In this document: positions 50,767-57,875 of the stretch, piece by piece | How positions within the stretch are numbered: the first letter of the stretch is position 1 | Layout: each line of letters opens with the position of its first letter | Assembly: GCA_024274695.1 (NCBI GenBank) | Contig: JAJSAI010000014.1 | Location: 1-57,875 of the forward strand | Direction of reading: 5' to 3' | DNA length: 57,875 bases | Origin: an archaeon | GTDB lineage: Archaea; B1Sed10-29; JAJSAI01 | Program-made: the position numbers and the translations under genes | Notes under the pieces: generated by a model | The model's database searches: none | Told to the model about the DNA's origin: nothing | The model's input: only the letters and a program-made list of their open reading frames with translations

Positions 50767-51348
50767 ATGGCAGAAGACGAGATAGACGAGGAAGTGATGG
50801 AGCTCATACGAAAGGCCAGGCAGAGGAGAAAAGGGATACTGCCAGAGCCAGAACCAGAGCAGCCTGAGCCTGAAAAGAAGGAAGAACAGGAAGAGCCTGC
50901 CCGCACGGCAGGCTACCGCAGGAGATACCTTGAGAGACTGAAGCGCAGGCAAAAAAGAGAAGGGGCTAGGGAAACGGCTCCCGAGTACTCTCCTCCCTCG
51001 GTTCCTGAAACCGGCCAGACAGAAGAAAAGACTTCCGTTCCTTCAGAGGAGCTGGTATACTCTCCTCCTGTCCTGCCCGCAGAGATAGAGGAAGAGCTGA
51101 AGCTCCCGGAAAAAGAAGAAACGCTTGACTTGATGAAACAATTAGAGGAACTGGAGGTTCCTGAAAAGAAGGCGTGCGCCACGTGCGGGGCTATCAACAG
51201 CAAGAAGTACTACTGCCCGTACTGCGGGAAACAGTTCTGCACGTCATGCGGAAAGGTTCTCGAAAAAACGGAGGGCAGGACCGTTTACGAGTGTCCTAAC
51301 TGCCACAAGAGGGTCGTGATAGAGGAAGAGCGGGAAAATCAGGAGTGA
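50767..51348 (+). CDS. Zinc-ribbon protein with an acidic Pro/Glu-rich N-terminal half
   Basis: C-terminal CATCG...CPYCGKQFCTSCG...CPNCH contains four CxxC pairs. ATG at 50767 lies about 20 nt after GTTTAAAAAAGT (50741-50752). The ORF-track start at 50740 is a GTG inside that TATA-like box. Confidence 0.65.
   Translation: MAEDEIDEEVMELIRKARQRRKGILPEPEPEQPEPEKKEEQEEPARTAGYRRRYLERLKRRQKREGARETAPEYSPPSVPETGQTEEKTSVPSEELVYSPPVLPAEIEEELKLPEKEETLDLMKQLEELEVPEKKACATCGAINSKKYYCPYCGKQFCTSCGKVLEKTEGRTVYECPNCHKRVVIEEERENQE
50842..50874 (+). repeat. Imperfect CCNGAR hexamer repeat encoding PEPEPEQPEPE
   Basis: ccagagccagaaccagagcagcctgagcctgaa, a low-complexity coding repeat. Confidence 0.5.
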
Positions 51349-51352
51349 CTGC

Positions 51353-51892
51353 TCACAGCTCTTTTGTCACGTAGGGGAACGCGAACAGGTTCTCGCTCAC
51401 GTGCAAGGGGGGTCTTACGATGTCCGCTCTCAGTCTCCCCTCCTCGTCCACTGCTTCTGGCTTGTAATGGAGCCTGACCACCCTCCCGATTATTAGCACG
51501 TGGTCTCCCTCTTTCTTTGCGCTCTCCAGGTAGCATTCCATGCTCGCCGCGCATTCCGCGAGAAGGGGTGGGGCTACTTTCTCGGCGGGCGCGGTCTGGA
51601 GCCCTGCCTTCTCTATCTTGGACACGTCAGGATCATGCTTTCCGCCCGCTATCCACACCTTTTCAAGCATCTTTTCTGTTGGGATGTTGACCACGAACTC
51701 CTTTTTCCGGGTGATGTTCCAGTAGGAGTGCTTGTTAGGGCCTACCGCGAGCATGAGCAGGGGAGGGTCAAAAGAAACAGGGGCCACGAAAGAGAACGCT
51801 GCCACGTCAGCCCTTCCCTTCTCGTCCACGGTGGTCACGAGGACCACTGGCCTGGGCGCCAGCAGCTTGTAATAGTTCTTAGGGTCGGTCAA
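51353..51892 (-). CDS. Flavin reductase-like (FMN-binding split-barrel) protein
   Basis: LLAPRPVVLVTTVDEKGRADVAAFSFVAPVSFDPPLLMLAVGPNKHSYWNI matches the flavin reductase domain pattern. Confidence 0.8.
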   Translation of the reverse strand: MTDPKNYYKLLAPRPVVLVTTVDEKGRADVAAFSFVAPVSFDPPLLMLAVGPNKHSYWNITRKKEFVVNIPTEKMLEKVWIAGGKHDPDVSKIEKAGLQTAPAEKVAPPLLAECAASMECYLESAKKEGDHVLIIGRVVRLHYKPEAVDEEGRLRADIVRPPLHVSENLFAFPYVTKEL

Positions 51893-51899
51893 GACAGGA

Positions 51900-52274
51900 T
51901 CACCCCAGGATGGCGTGTTCTTTTATCTCAACCTCCATTCCCTTGCCAAGGCCCTTGTCCCTGACGCTCTGGACCTGCACCTCGTCAAGATACCTCACCT
52001 GGATCCTGGCGGTCAAGAGCTCTTTCTCGTCAAATTCCCTTGGAACCGTTCTCCAGTAACCTGTTTTCACTGACAGGACCTGGGCCAGTACTCCTCTTGT
52101 GCCTTTTACCACGTCCTGCTTGCTGAGGTTGGTTATGAACAGCATTTCTCCCTTCTTTATCCTGGTGGCTGTCGTGATGTGGTCAGCGCACACTAGCTCA
52201 AACGTTTTTATCCCGTGCCTCATGAGATCCTCTATCTCACTCCAGTCTATGGCAGTTATCGCGTAGACCATCAC
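51900..52274 (-). CDS. Hypothetical 124-aa protein (possibly a PUA/ASCH-like small beta-barrel)
   Basis: Compact soluble ORF tightly spaced between neighbours. Family not recognised. Confidence 0.5.
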   Translation of the reverse strand: MMVYAITAIDWSEIEDLMRHGIKTFELVCADHITTATRIKKGEMLFITNLSKQDVVKGTRGVLAQVLSVKTGYWRTVPREFDEKELLTARIQVRYLDEVQVQSVRDKGLGKGMEVEIKEHAILG

Positions 52275-52277
52275 GCA

Positions 52278-53015
52278 TCACCCGTACATGCTCGGATACA
52301 CCTGTTTCTCGGCGTTAGTGTACCCTTTCCTCCCCTTTTCTATTTGCGCGAGCATTGTCTTGACCTTCTCCTTTATTTTTTCAGCCTCTTTCCTCAGGTC
52401 CTTCACGTCAACCTGGACGCCGGTTATCCTGGAGAACACTTCAAGCAGGTCAGCGGCAGCCCCGGGGTCAGGGATGTTCTGCATGGTGGGCACCAGGAGC
52501 CCCATCCCCTCTACGCCCTCGTTGGCGCACATCGCGAGCAGGATCCCGGAGACTCCTGCTGTTACCCCTTCTTCCACGGGCGCTATTCCCAGGTTCTGGA
52601 ACGTTTTCAGTATCTTAGGGTTGGACGCTATCCCGTAGGCCTTCTTCGGCTGTGGCACGAGAGAGGTTATCCCCGCGAAGGAGATGATCCTCTTCACCCC
52701 CTGTTTTTTCGCCAGGTCTATGACCTCCCGGGCTAGAGGGTATACTGACTTGCTTGGTATGACGAACTCGGAGAGTATGACGCACAGTTTGGTTTTCTTG
52801 TCAGCGTAAACCCTCACGGGAAAAGACGGCCGTCCCTTTATTATGACCGAAACCGGAGCGAACTCATCGCTCTCCACGTACCCTACTTCTTCCATCCCGA
52901 GCTTGTCCACCAGGTGGCCTGCGGCTATTGTGGCCACCCATCCTATTCCAGGAAACCCTTCTATCAGGGTGTACCCCTTGAGGCTTGTTCTCTTGTTAAA
53001 CTTTATCCTTAGCAT
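52278..53015 (-). CDS. PAC2-family proteasome assembly chaperone (PbaA/PbaB-like)
   Basis: LKGYTLIEGFPGIGWVATIAAGHLVDKLGMEEVGYVESDEF matches the PAC2 N-terminal pattern. 245 aa. Confidence 0.8.
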   Translation of the reverse strand: MLRIKFNKRTSLKGYTLIEGFPGIGWVATIAAGHLVDKLGMEEVGYVESDEFAPVSVIIKGRPSFPVRVYADKKTKLCVILSEFVIPSKSVYPLAREVIDLAKKQGVKRIISFAGITSLVPQPKKAYGIASNPKILKTFQNLGIAPVEEGVTAGVSGILLAMCANEGVEGMGLLVPTMQNIPDPGAAADLLEVFSRITGVQVDVKDLRKEAEKIKEKVKTMLAQIEKGRKGYTNAEKQVYPSMYG

Positions 53016-53118
53016 CAGGGAATAACAAGAGGGTACTGGTTTAAAATAGTTGTCTTCCGCCGCCCAGAGAAAGTTATTTAAGTGACGGGAAGGTTAAACC
53101 CCACAGTACTCTGAAAAG

Positions 53119-53886
53119 GTGAAAGTGATGGAGAAAAAGGTTTTTCTTGCCGTAGGAGTTCTCGTGGCAAGCGTTCTCCTCGCGGGATGCGTGGGAGAAC
53201 AGGCCAGCGGGGGCCAGTCATACTCGGGCATGACCCCGGAGCAGGTGATAAGCCACCTGGACTCTAAGATAGCTGAACTGAACAAAACAGGCCAATTCTA
53301 TTTCAAGGGAAGCATGGGCTTCAAGGGCACCAAAGGATACTATGAAGTGTGGGCGGACACCAAGGCAGAGAAGCTGAAGATGAAGGTGTCTGTTCCAGGG
53401 GAAGGGAGCATGACCATGCTGTACTCGGACAAGACCCTTTACATGTACGACGTGACGGGCACCGCGAAAGCGTCTGTGATGGGCGACGTGGACTGCTTGT
53501 ACTACTCAGTTCCAGAGGAAGATTCCGGAATGGAGAACGTGTCCAAGTACGCCACGACCACCTTAAAGTCAAAGGGGGCGGAGTTCAAGGGATTCAAGGA
53601 CTGCACGATCAACGGCCAGCCGCGCACGTGCGCTGAGGTACACTACATTGACGATAATGGGGATGACGTTACCGCCTGGTACACCATGGAAGAAGGGTAT
53701 CCTGTGAAAGTGATTACGAGGAGAGGCTCTGAAACGACCGTTAACATGATCAACGAGTTCAAGACATCAGTCCCGTCAGGAGTTTTTGAGGCTCCTAAGA
53801 ACTGTGTCTCCATGCAGGAGCTGCTGGTCAAGGCGATGAACAAGTCAGCCCAGGAGCCTACGACCGCGGTCACTCCCTCGGCATAA
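53119..53886 (+). CDS. Putative lipoprotein (lipobox LLAGC), possibly a LolA-like fold
   Basis: MKVMEKKVFLAVGVLVASVLLAG|CVGEQ, then a beta-rich domain (YYEVWADTKAEKLKMKVSVPGEGSMTMLYSDKTLYMYD). Confidence 0.65.
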   Translation: MKVMEKKVFLAVGVLVASVLLAGCVGEQASGGQSYSGMTPEQVISHLDSKIAELNKTGQFYFKGSMGFKGTKGYYEVWADTKAEKLKMKVSVPGEGSMTMLYSDKTLYMYDVTGTAKASVMGDVDCLYYSVPEEDSGMENVSKYATTTLKSKGAEFKGFKDCTINGQPRTCAEVHYIDDNGDDVTAWYTMEEGYPVKVITRRGSETTVNMINEFKTSVPSGVFEAPKNCVSMQELLVKAMNKSAQEPTTAVTPSA

Positions 53887-53904
53887 ACCCCTCTTTCCTT
53901 CTTC

Positions 53905-54684
53905 TCATGCTATGCTGGACCCGAGCGAGAGCGCGTACACCGCGCTCGCGGCGGGAACAATCACGGAAGCGTAAAATACTATCCTGTCCCTCTTGTTCTC
54001 CGCGAGGGCAAGGAAAACAGACACTATAAGGCCCATGAGGGGCACGTAGTACTGGTTGGCGGTCAGGACAGCATCCTGCAGCCCACTGTCGTCAGGCCCG
54101 GTTCCCAGCACGCCGGTCCCGGGAAGGTCAAGGGACCTGACCACAGAGAAAGAGGTTCCCAAGAGCCACGGGATCAACAGCCCTGCCGAGATAACCAGGG
54201 TATACTTTTCCACGAGCAGTGACGCGTTCCCCTCTTTTTCAAGCGCTCTCTTGTTCATTCCCTCTTCGGCCAGTGTCCTCATGGCCCTCGCGACCCCCTC
54301 TCCCTTCCGGTAGCACGCGAGCAGCAGCCACACTTCCTCCCGGAGCAGGGGGTTCTCCTCAGCCATTTCCTCAAGCGCCTTTTCCACAGGAGCTCCCCTG
54401 CTTATCTCCCTGCACGCTCTCATAAGGCGGGCGTGGAACGGAGAGTCCCCTCTGGCCGCTTCCCTTAACGCTTTCTCAAAGGGAAGAAATCCCACCAGGA
54501 CCGAAAAGTGGTACATCACTTCAGGCGCGCTCTCCTTCTCCCTGCGCTTCCTCTTTTCCCTGCTGTACTCGGGGAACATCACCGCCTCTGCCACGGGGAT
54601 AGTGATCATAGGAGCGTAAACAGGCCCTGCCAGGACAGTTCCTGCGATCCACGCGCACGCGACCAGCACGACTCCGGAGATCAT
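53905..54684 (-). CDS. TadC/GspF-domain membrane protein (second secretion locus)
   Basis: Start at MISGVVLVACAW, immediately after the upstream stop. Helical domain FEKALREAARGDSPFHARLMRACREISRGAPVEKALEEMAEE is flanked by TM helices. Confidence 0.7.
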   Translation of the reverse strand: MISGVVLVACAWIAGTVLAGPVYAPMITIPVAEAVMFPEYSREKRKRREKESAPEVMYHFSVLVGFLPFEKALREAARGDSPFHARLMRACREISRGAPVEKALEEMAEENPLLREEVWLLLACYRKGEGVARAMRTLAEEGMNKRALEKEGNASLLVEKYTLVISAGLLIPWLLGTSFSVVRSLDLPGTGVLGTGPDDSGLQDAVLTANQYYVPLMGLIVSVFLALAENKRDRIVFYASVIVPAASAVYALSLGSSIA

Positions 54685-55469
54685 GCCGCAGGCCTCCTTG
54701 ACAGCAAAAGCAGCATAACCGTGGCGCTCGCGGCAGGAAACCCTGCCAGGATGACTCCAACAGCCTGGACCGGGCCCAGTCCCACGTTCATGAAAGAGGA
54801 GCCTATGGTGACAAATGACTCGAACATGCACGGCAGAACCGCGGAGCACATTATAAAGAAAAGAGAGTACATGACCGCTTTGCTGTTATACTCCCTGATC
54901 CTGTTCCTCTGCTCCACGAGAACGCTCCTCGCGAAAGAGGAAAGGTTCTCTGTTGACCCCGTGTAGTAGGTTCTCTCAAGCTCTGAGCACGCTCTAGAGA
55001 ACGTTGGGCAGGGAGAAAGTATCCTCTCCTTCTCCAGTGCAGAGTGCGCGCTTTCCCCTGCCTCCATCCTGTCAGCTGCCCTGGCAAGCCTTTCCCCAGC
55101 AGGGCCTCCTGCGCCCTTGAGTGCCTTCTCAAACCCTTCTCCCGCCTCCAGGAGCGCGTACACGAGCAGGAGCGCCCACGGTACCGAGGAGTAAACCTTT
55201 CTGGCGATAAAACGCCTTTTGCAGAAAGGCCATAATCCCAGCACCATGATCCCCGCCCCGGCAAGACCCCAGACGCCGAAGAACAGGCAGGAAGAAAAGG
55301 AGGTCCACGCGGACAAGAACACCAGGCCCGCGAGCAGTCCAGAATACTCTTCAACGGTCCACCCTGCCTGGACGAGGGGCAGGCGCGCTCTGTCCAGCAC
55401 GCCGAGTAAAGGCCGTCCTGCGGGCTCAAACCCTCTTGCCAAGCACAAGAGCAGTCGCTCTAGAAGCAT
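54681..55469 (-). CDS. TadB/GspF-domain membrane protein (second secretion locus)
   Basis: GFEKALKGAGGPAGERLARAADRMEAGESAHSALEKE is flanked by TM helices. The start is uncertain: ATG at 55469 or TTG at 55442. The ORF-track start at 55601 overlaps the ATPase by 176 nt. Confidence 0.65.
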   Translation of the reverse strand: MLLERLLLCLARGFEPAGRPLLGVLDRARLPLVQAGWTVEEYSGLLAGLVFLSAWTSFSSCLFFGVWGLAGAGIMVLGLWPFCKRRFIARKVYSSVPWALLLVYALLEAGEGFEKALKGAGGPAGERLARAADRMEAGESAHSALEKERILSPCPTFSRACSELERTYYTGSTENLSSFARSVLVEQRNRIREYNSKAVMYSLFFIMCSAVLPCMFESFVTIGSSFMNVGLGPVQAVGVILAGFPAASATVMLLLLSRRPAA

Positions 55470-57105
55470 ACTCCCTGAAACCCTCCTCGCATGACTCAAG
55501 AAACCTTTTCTTGTCAGGGCATACCCTGCCCCCGGACACCTTCTCCAGGCCCCCTTTCTTCCAGAGGAACACTGGCTCGAGTCCATCTTGCCCCATGACA
55601 CTCGCGTGGGTTACCCTTCTAACCTCGCGCCCAGAGGAGTAGTCTGTCCACCTGTTCTGGCACACTATGACGTCAAATCCGGTCAGGAACGCCTTCCCGA
55701 CCCCGAGGCTTTCAAGCCTTTGTACCGTCTGTTCTGGGCTTCTCGCGTGGAACGTGGCGAAGCAGCTTTTGCCCTGGCCAGCCAGCATCGTGTCAACCAG
55801 CGCGCTGACCTCCTCCCTTTTCCTGACCTCTCCCACGACCACCCTGTCCGGCCGCATTCTCATGGTGTCAGCCACGAGACTGCTCATGCTGGTCCCCTGG
55901 TCTTCTGAGCACACCATCCTCACCACGTGCTCGTGAGGCGCGACTATCTCAGGAGTCTCCTCCACGATCACTATCCTCTCGTTCAGCGGGACGAGGCACA
56001 GGAGAGCGTTCAGGGTAGTTGTTTTCCCTGACCCTGTGCTGCCGCACACCAGGACATTCCGTCCTTCTAAGATCTTTTCCCAAAGCCAGGCTAGCAGTTC
56101 AGGAGTGCACGTTCCGTTCCGGATAAGGGAGCCTGGAGTGAGAGGCTCTTTCCGGAACTTCCGTATAGTGAGCACTGTTCCTCCAGCGCTCACGGGCGGT
56201 TGCACGGCGTGAATCCTGCCCAGGGGGATGTCCGCGTTTATCCTCGGCGTCTTAGCGGATAACCTCCTGCCGAGGCCCCTCGCCATCTTGTTGGCTATCT
56301 GAACGATCTTCTGGTCGGACGTGAAGCGCACGTTCGTGTCAGGCCACCCGTGTTCTGAGTGGTACACCCTTACGGGGCTTCCGGGGCCTGTCACTGTCAC
56401 TTCCTCCACAAGAGGGTCCTGCAGGAACTCTGACAGGACAGAATACCCTCTGAGCTCTTTCTCCATCTCCTGGACCAGGAACTCTCTTGTGCCTGGAGAG
56501 AGGATAACTCTCTGCCTTTCACAGTATTCTTCAAGCTCTTCCTCTGGCTCGAACCTGGGCTTTCCAAGAGAATGTTTCAGCAGACCGTGAAGAACCTTTG
56601 CCTCTTCTATCCACGGTGGCCTTCTTTTGGTCACGTACCACTTTTTTCCTTCCTCGTCCTCGCATATCATGGCGCGGTCGTTTTCCCATTCCACCCTCGC
56701 GGGCAGGATCTTTCTTTTCTCGTACCCGAGAAGAGAGTCCACTATCTTCTTCTCCGAATCGTTCAGCACCATCTCAATCGCGGAATAAGGGCATGAAGAA
56801 ACGCACGCCGGAAACCCTCTTGAGTAGCACAGGTCGCACTTGACTGCCTTTCTTCCCTTTATTAGCACGGCCTGGAACGGGCAGGCGCGGGCGCAAGCTC
56901 CGCACCCGTCGCACTCTTCAGCAAGTATCACAGGAAAACCGTTTGACAGGACGACAGCGTTTTTCGGGCAGGCGGTCACGCACTCCAGGCTGCAGTGGTC
57001 TGGATCGCACCTTAGCAGTGCCTTCATTTCCTCTGCTCCATCCGCTTTCTCGCAGGCGCACGCCCCGCACCCGACGCACGCGCTCTTCATGATATGCAGG
57101 CGCAT
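55426..57105 (-). CDS. CpaF/TadA/VirB11-type secretion ATPase fused to an N-terminal double 4Fe-4S ferredoxin-type domain
   Basis: Four Cys clusters (CVGCGACAC, CSLECVTACP, CDGCGACARACP, CDLC...CVSSCP) are followed by Walker A VCGSTGSGKTTTL, IVIVEETPEI and VVVGEVRKREE...ATFHARS. An alternative leaderless start at 57090 (MKSACVGC) lies 28 nt after GTTTTATAGT. Confidence 0.85.
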   Translation of the reverse strand: MRLHIMKSACVGCGACACEKADGAEEMKALLRCDPDHCSLECVTACPKNAVVLSNGFPVILAEECDGCGACARACPFQAVLIKGRKAVKCDLCYSRGFPACVSSCPYSAIEMVLNDSEKKIVDSLLGYEKRKILPARVEWENDRAMICEDEEGKKWYVTKRRPPWIEEAKVLHGLLKHSLGKPRFEPEEELEEYCERQRVILSPGTREFLVQEMEKELRGYSVLSEFLQDPLVEEVTVTGPGSPVRVYHSEHGWPDTNVRFTSDQKIVQIANKMARGLGRRLSAKTPRINADIPLGRIHAVQPPVSAGGTVLTIRKFRKEPLTPGSLIRNGTCTPELLAWLWEKILEGRNVLVCGSTGSGKTTTLNALLCLVPLNERIVIVEETPEIVAPHEHVVRMVCSEDQGTSMSSLVADTMRMRPDRVVVGEVRKREEVSALVDTMLAGQGKSCFATFHARSPEQTVQRLESLGVGKAFLTGFDVIVCQNRWTDYSSGREVRRVTHASVMGQDGLEPVFLWKKGGLEKVSGGRVCPDKKRFLESCEEGFREYASRATALVLGKRV

Positions 57106-57142
57106 CGCATGATACTATAAAACGAGTGGGAAAAGTATGTTG

Positions 57143-57472
57143 TCACACGGGCTCGGGTTTCAACCGGATTTTTTCCCCTGGCTTCAGGCCTTCGGCTTTC
57201 CCCACGGGCATTTCCACCAGGAACTTGGCCTGCTTTTTTGGGATCACGAGGGGTCTGAATGGTTTCACTCTGTCCACCTGGATGACCCTGTACTCCTCGT
57301 CAAGCCACACCGCGTCAAAAGGAAAGAAGACGAAAAAAGAGTGGATGCTGTTCCGGAGTTTTCCCTTCTTGTCGAACACGAACAGAAGGGGTCTTTCGTG
57401 TTTTTTCCTGAACATGAGTCCTCTGAACTTCTTCCAGGGCGTGTCACACAACTCGTAGTCGCGCAGGATCAT
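57143..57472 (-). CDS. DUF192 (UPF0127) family protein
   Basis: CDTPWKKFRGLMFRKK...LLFVFDKK...FFVFFPFDAVWLDEEYRVIQV matches the DUF192 pattern (GLMxR, F.F, .D..). Confidence 0.75.
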   Translation of the reverse strand: MILRDYELCDTPWKKFRGLMFRKKHERPLLFVFDKKGKLRNSIHSFFVFFPFDAVWLDEEYRVIQVDRVKPFRPLVIPKKQAKFLVEMPVGKAEGLKPGEKIRLKPEPV

Positions 57473-57479
57473 CTTCTCA

Positions 57480-57875
57480 TCACTTCCAGCACACGCTCAC
57501 GTTCCTGGAAAGTCTCTTGAAATCGTTCTCCAGGATAATGCTCACGGTGGTGGTGTTAGTGCAGTCTGTGGTGCAGTTGTAGAACGCGTCACAGTAGGCC
57601 GCCAGGGGCCCGGAAGAATATGAGATGTTAATGTCAAGCGCTTTTGAGGACGCGTACCACTCTGCGTACTTGCTGAAGTCTGAGATCCTGGCTGTGTTCG
57701 CTGGGTCCATTCTGACAACGTACGCCATTTCCCTGCTGATCTCCTGGAACACTGATTCTGCGGTCCCGGTTTCCTCCACGTTCTGCTCTGCTCTGTGGAA
57801 GTAGCTCACGTACGCTGCAGCAACCCCCGCGACCACGATTATCATCAGGTACGCTGCGATTATGTAGAACTGGCC
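57480..57875 (-). CDS. Pilin-like protein, N-terminus runs off the right edge
   Basis: The frame stays open upstream of the listed Met to the window edge, giving ...GQFYIIAAYLMIIVVAGVAAAYVSYF. This is a G|Q plus hydrophobic helix as in the other pilins. The C-terminal domain is Cys-containing. Confidence 0.6.
   Translation of the reverse strand, partial: GQFYIIAAYLMIIVVAGVAAAYVSYFHRAEQNVEETGTAESVFQEISREMAYVVRMDPANTARISDFSKYAEWYASSKALDINISYSSGPLAAYCDAFYNCTTDCTNTTTVSIILENDFKRLSRNVSVCWK

Noticed and set aside
1-57875. CRISPR arrays, rRNA genes, IS elements, long tandem DNA repeats
   Set aside because: None seen on reading the intergenic regions. The intergenic gaps are all short (at most about 220 nt) and contain only promoter or terminator-like A/T tracts. 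The only DNA repeat noted is the short coding hexamer repeat at 50842-50874.

Overview
Archaeal chromosomal window. Evidence for Archaea: ribosomal protein L40e, family-B DNA polymerase, NreA, a PAC2 proteasome chaperone, type-2 MetAP, TATA boxes about 27 nt upstream of many start codons (leaderless mRNAs), class III pilin-type signal peptides, and an intron-containing tRNA. I call about 65 protein genes and 4 tRNA genes. There is no rRNA, CRISPR array, integrase or transposase. The left part (1-24 kb) is mainly housekeeping: rpl40e, ppsA, nth, map, polB, trm5, nreA, tRNA methyltransferases, small hydrolases, and tRNA-Leu, -Arg, -Gly and -Leu. From about 24.3 to 50.7 kb the content changes to an accessory cell-surface island made of three tightly coupled operons. 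Operon 1 (minus strand) runs: minimal archaeosortase/exosortase-family enzyme, 2566-aa membrane-anchored giant protein, class-III-signal protein, polytopic membrane proteins, a KNTase-like nucleotidyltransferase, then a tandem array of tiny paralogous membrane proteins. Operon 2 (plus strand, divergent from operon 1) is a type IV pilus-like machine: a FlaI-like ATPase, a FlaJ-like platform, and seven pilin-like genes with G|Q cleavage motifs, one of which is an unlisted 47-codon ORF. Operon 3 (minus strand, convergent on operon 2) runs: membrane protein, Cys-rich secreted protein, 1601-aa secreted giant. The last two end in sortase-type C-terminal signals (short motif, TM helix, Arg-rich tail). 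I consider this island the best candidate for an undescribed system. A second, Tad-like secretion locus at 53.9-57.9 kb has an ATPase fused to two 4Fe-4S ferredoxin-type domains. Other oddities are a roughly 107-nt intron in tRNA-Arg(UCG), an aminotransferase interrupted by a single in-frame TAA, and two apparently P-loop-degenerate NTPase-like proteins. All family assignments come from motif recognition by eye in the supplied translations. No searches were run, so they are hypotheses graded by confidence.
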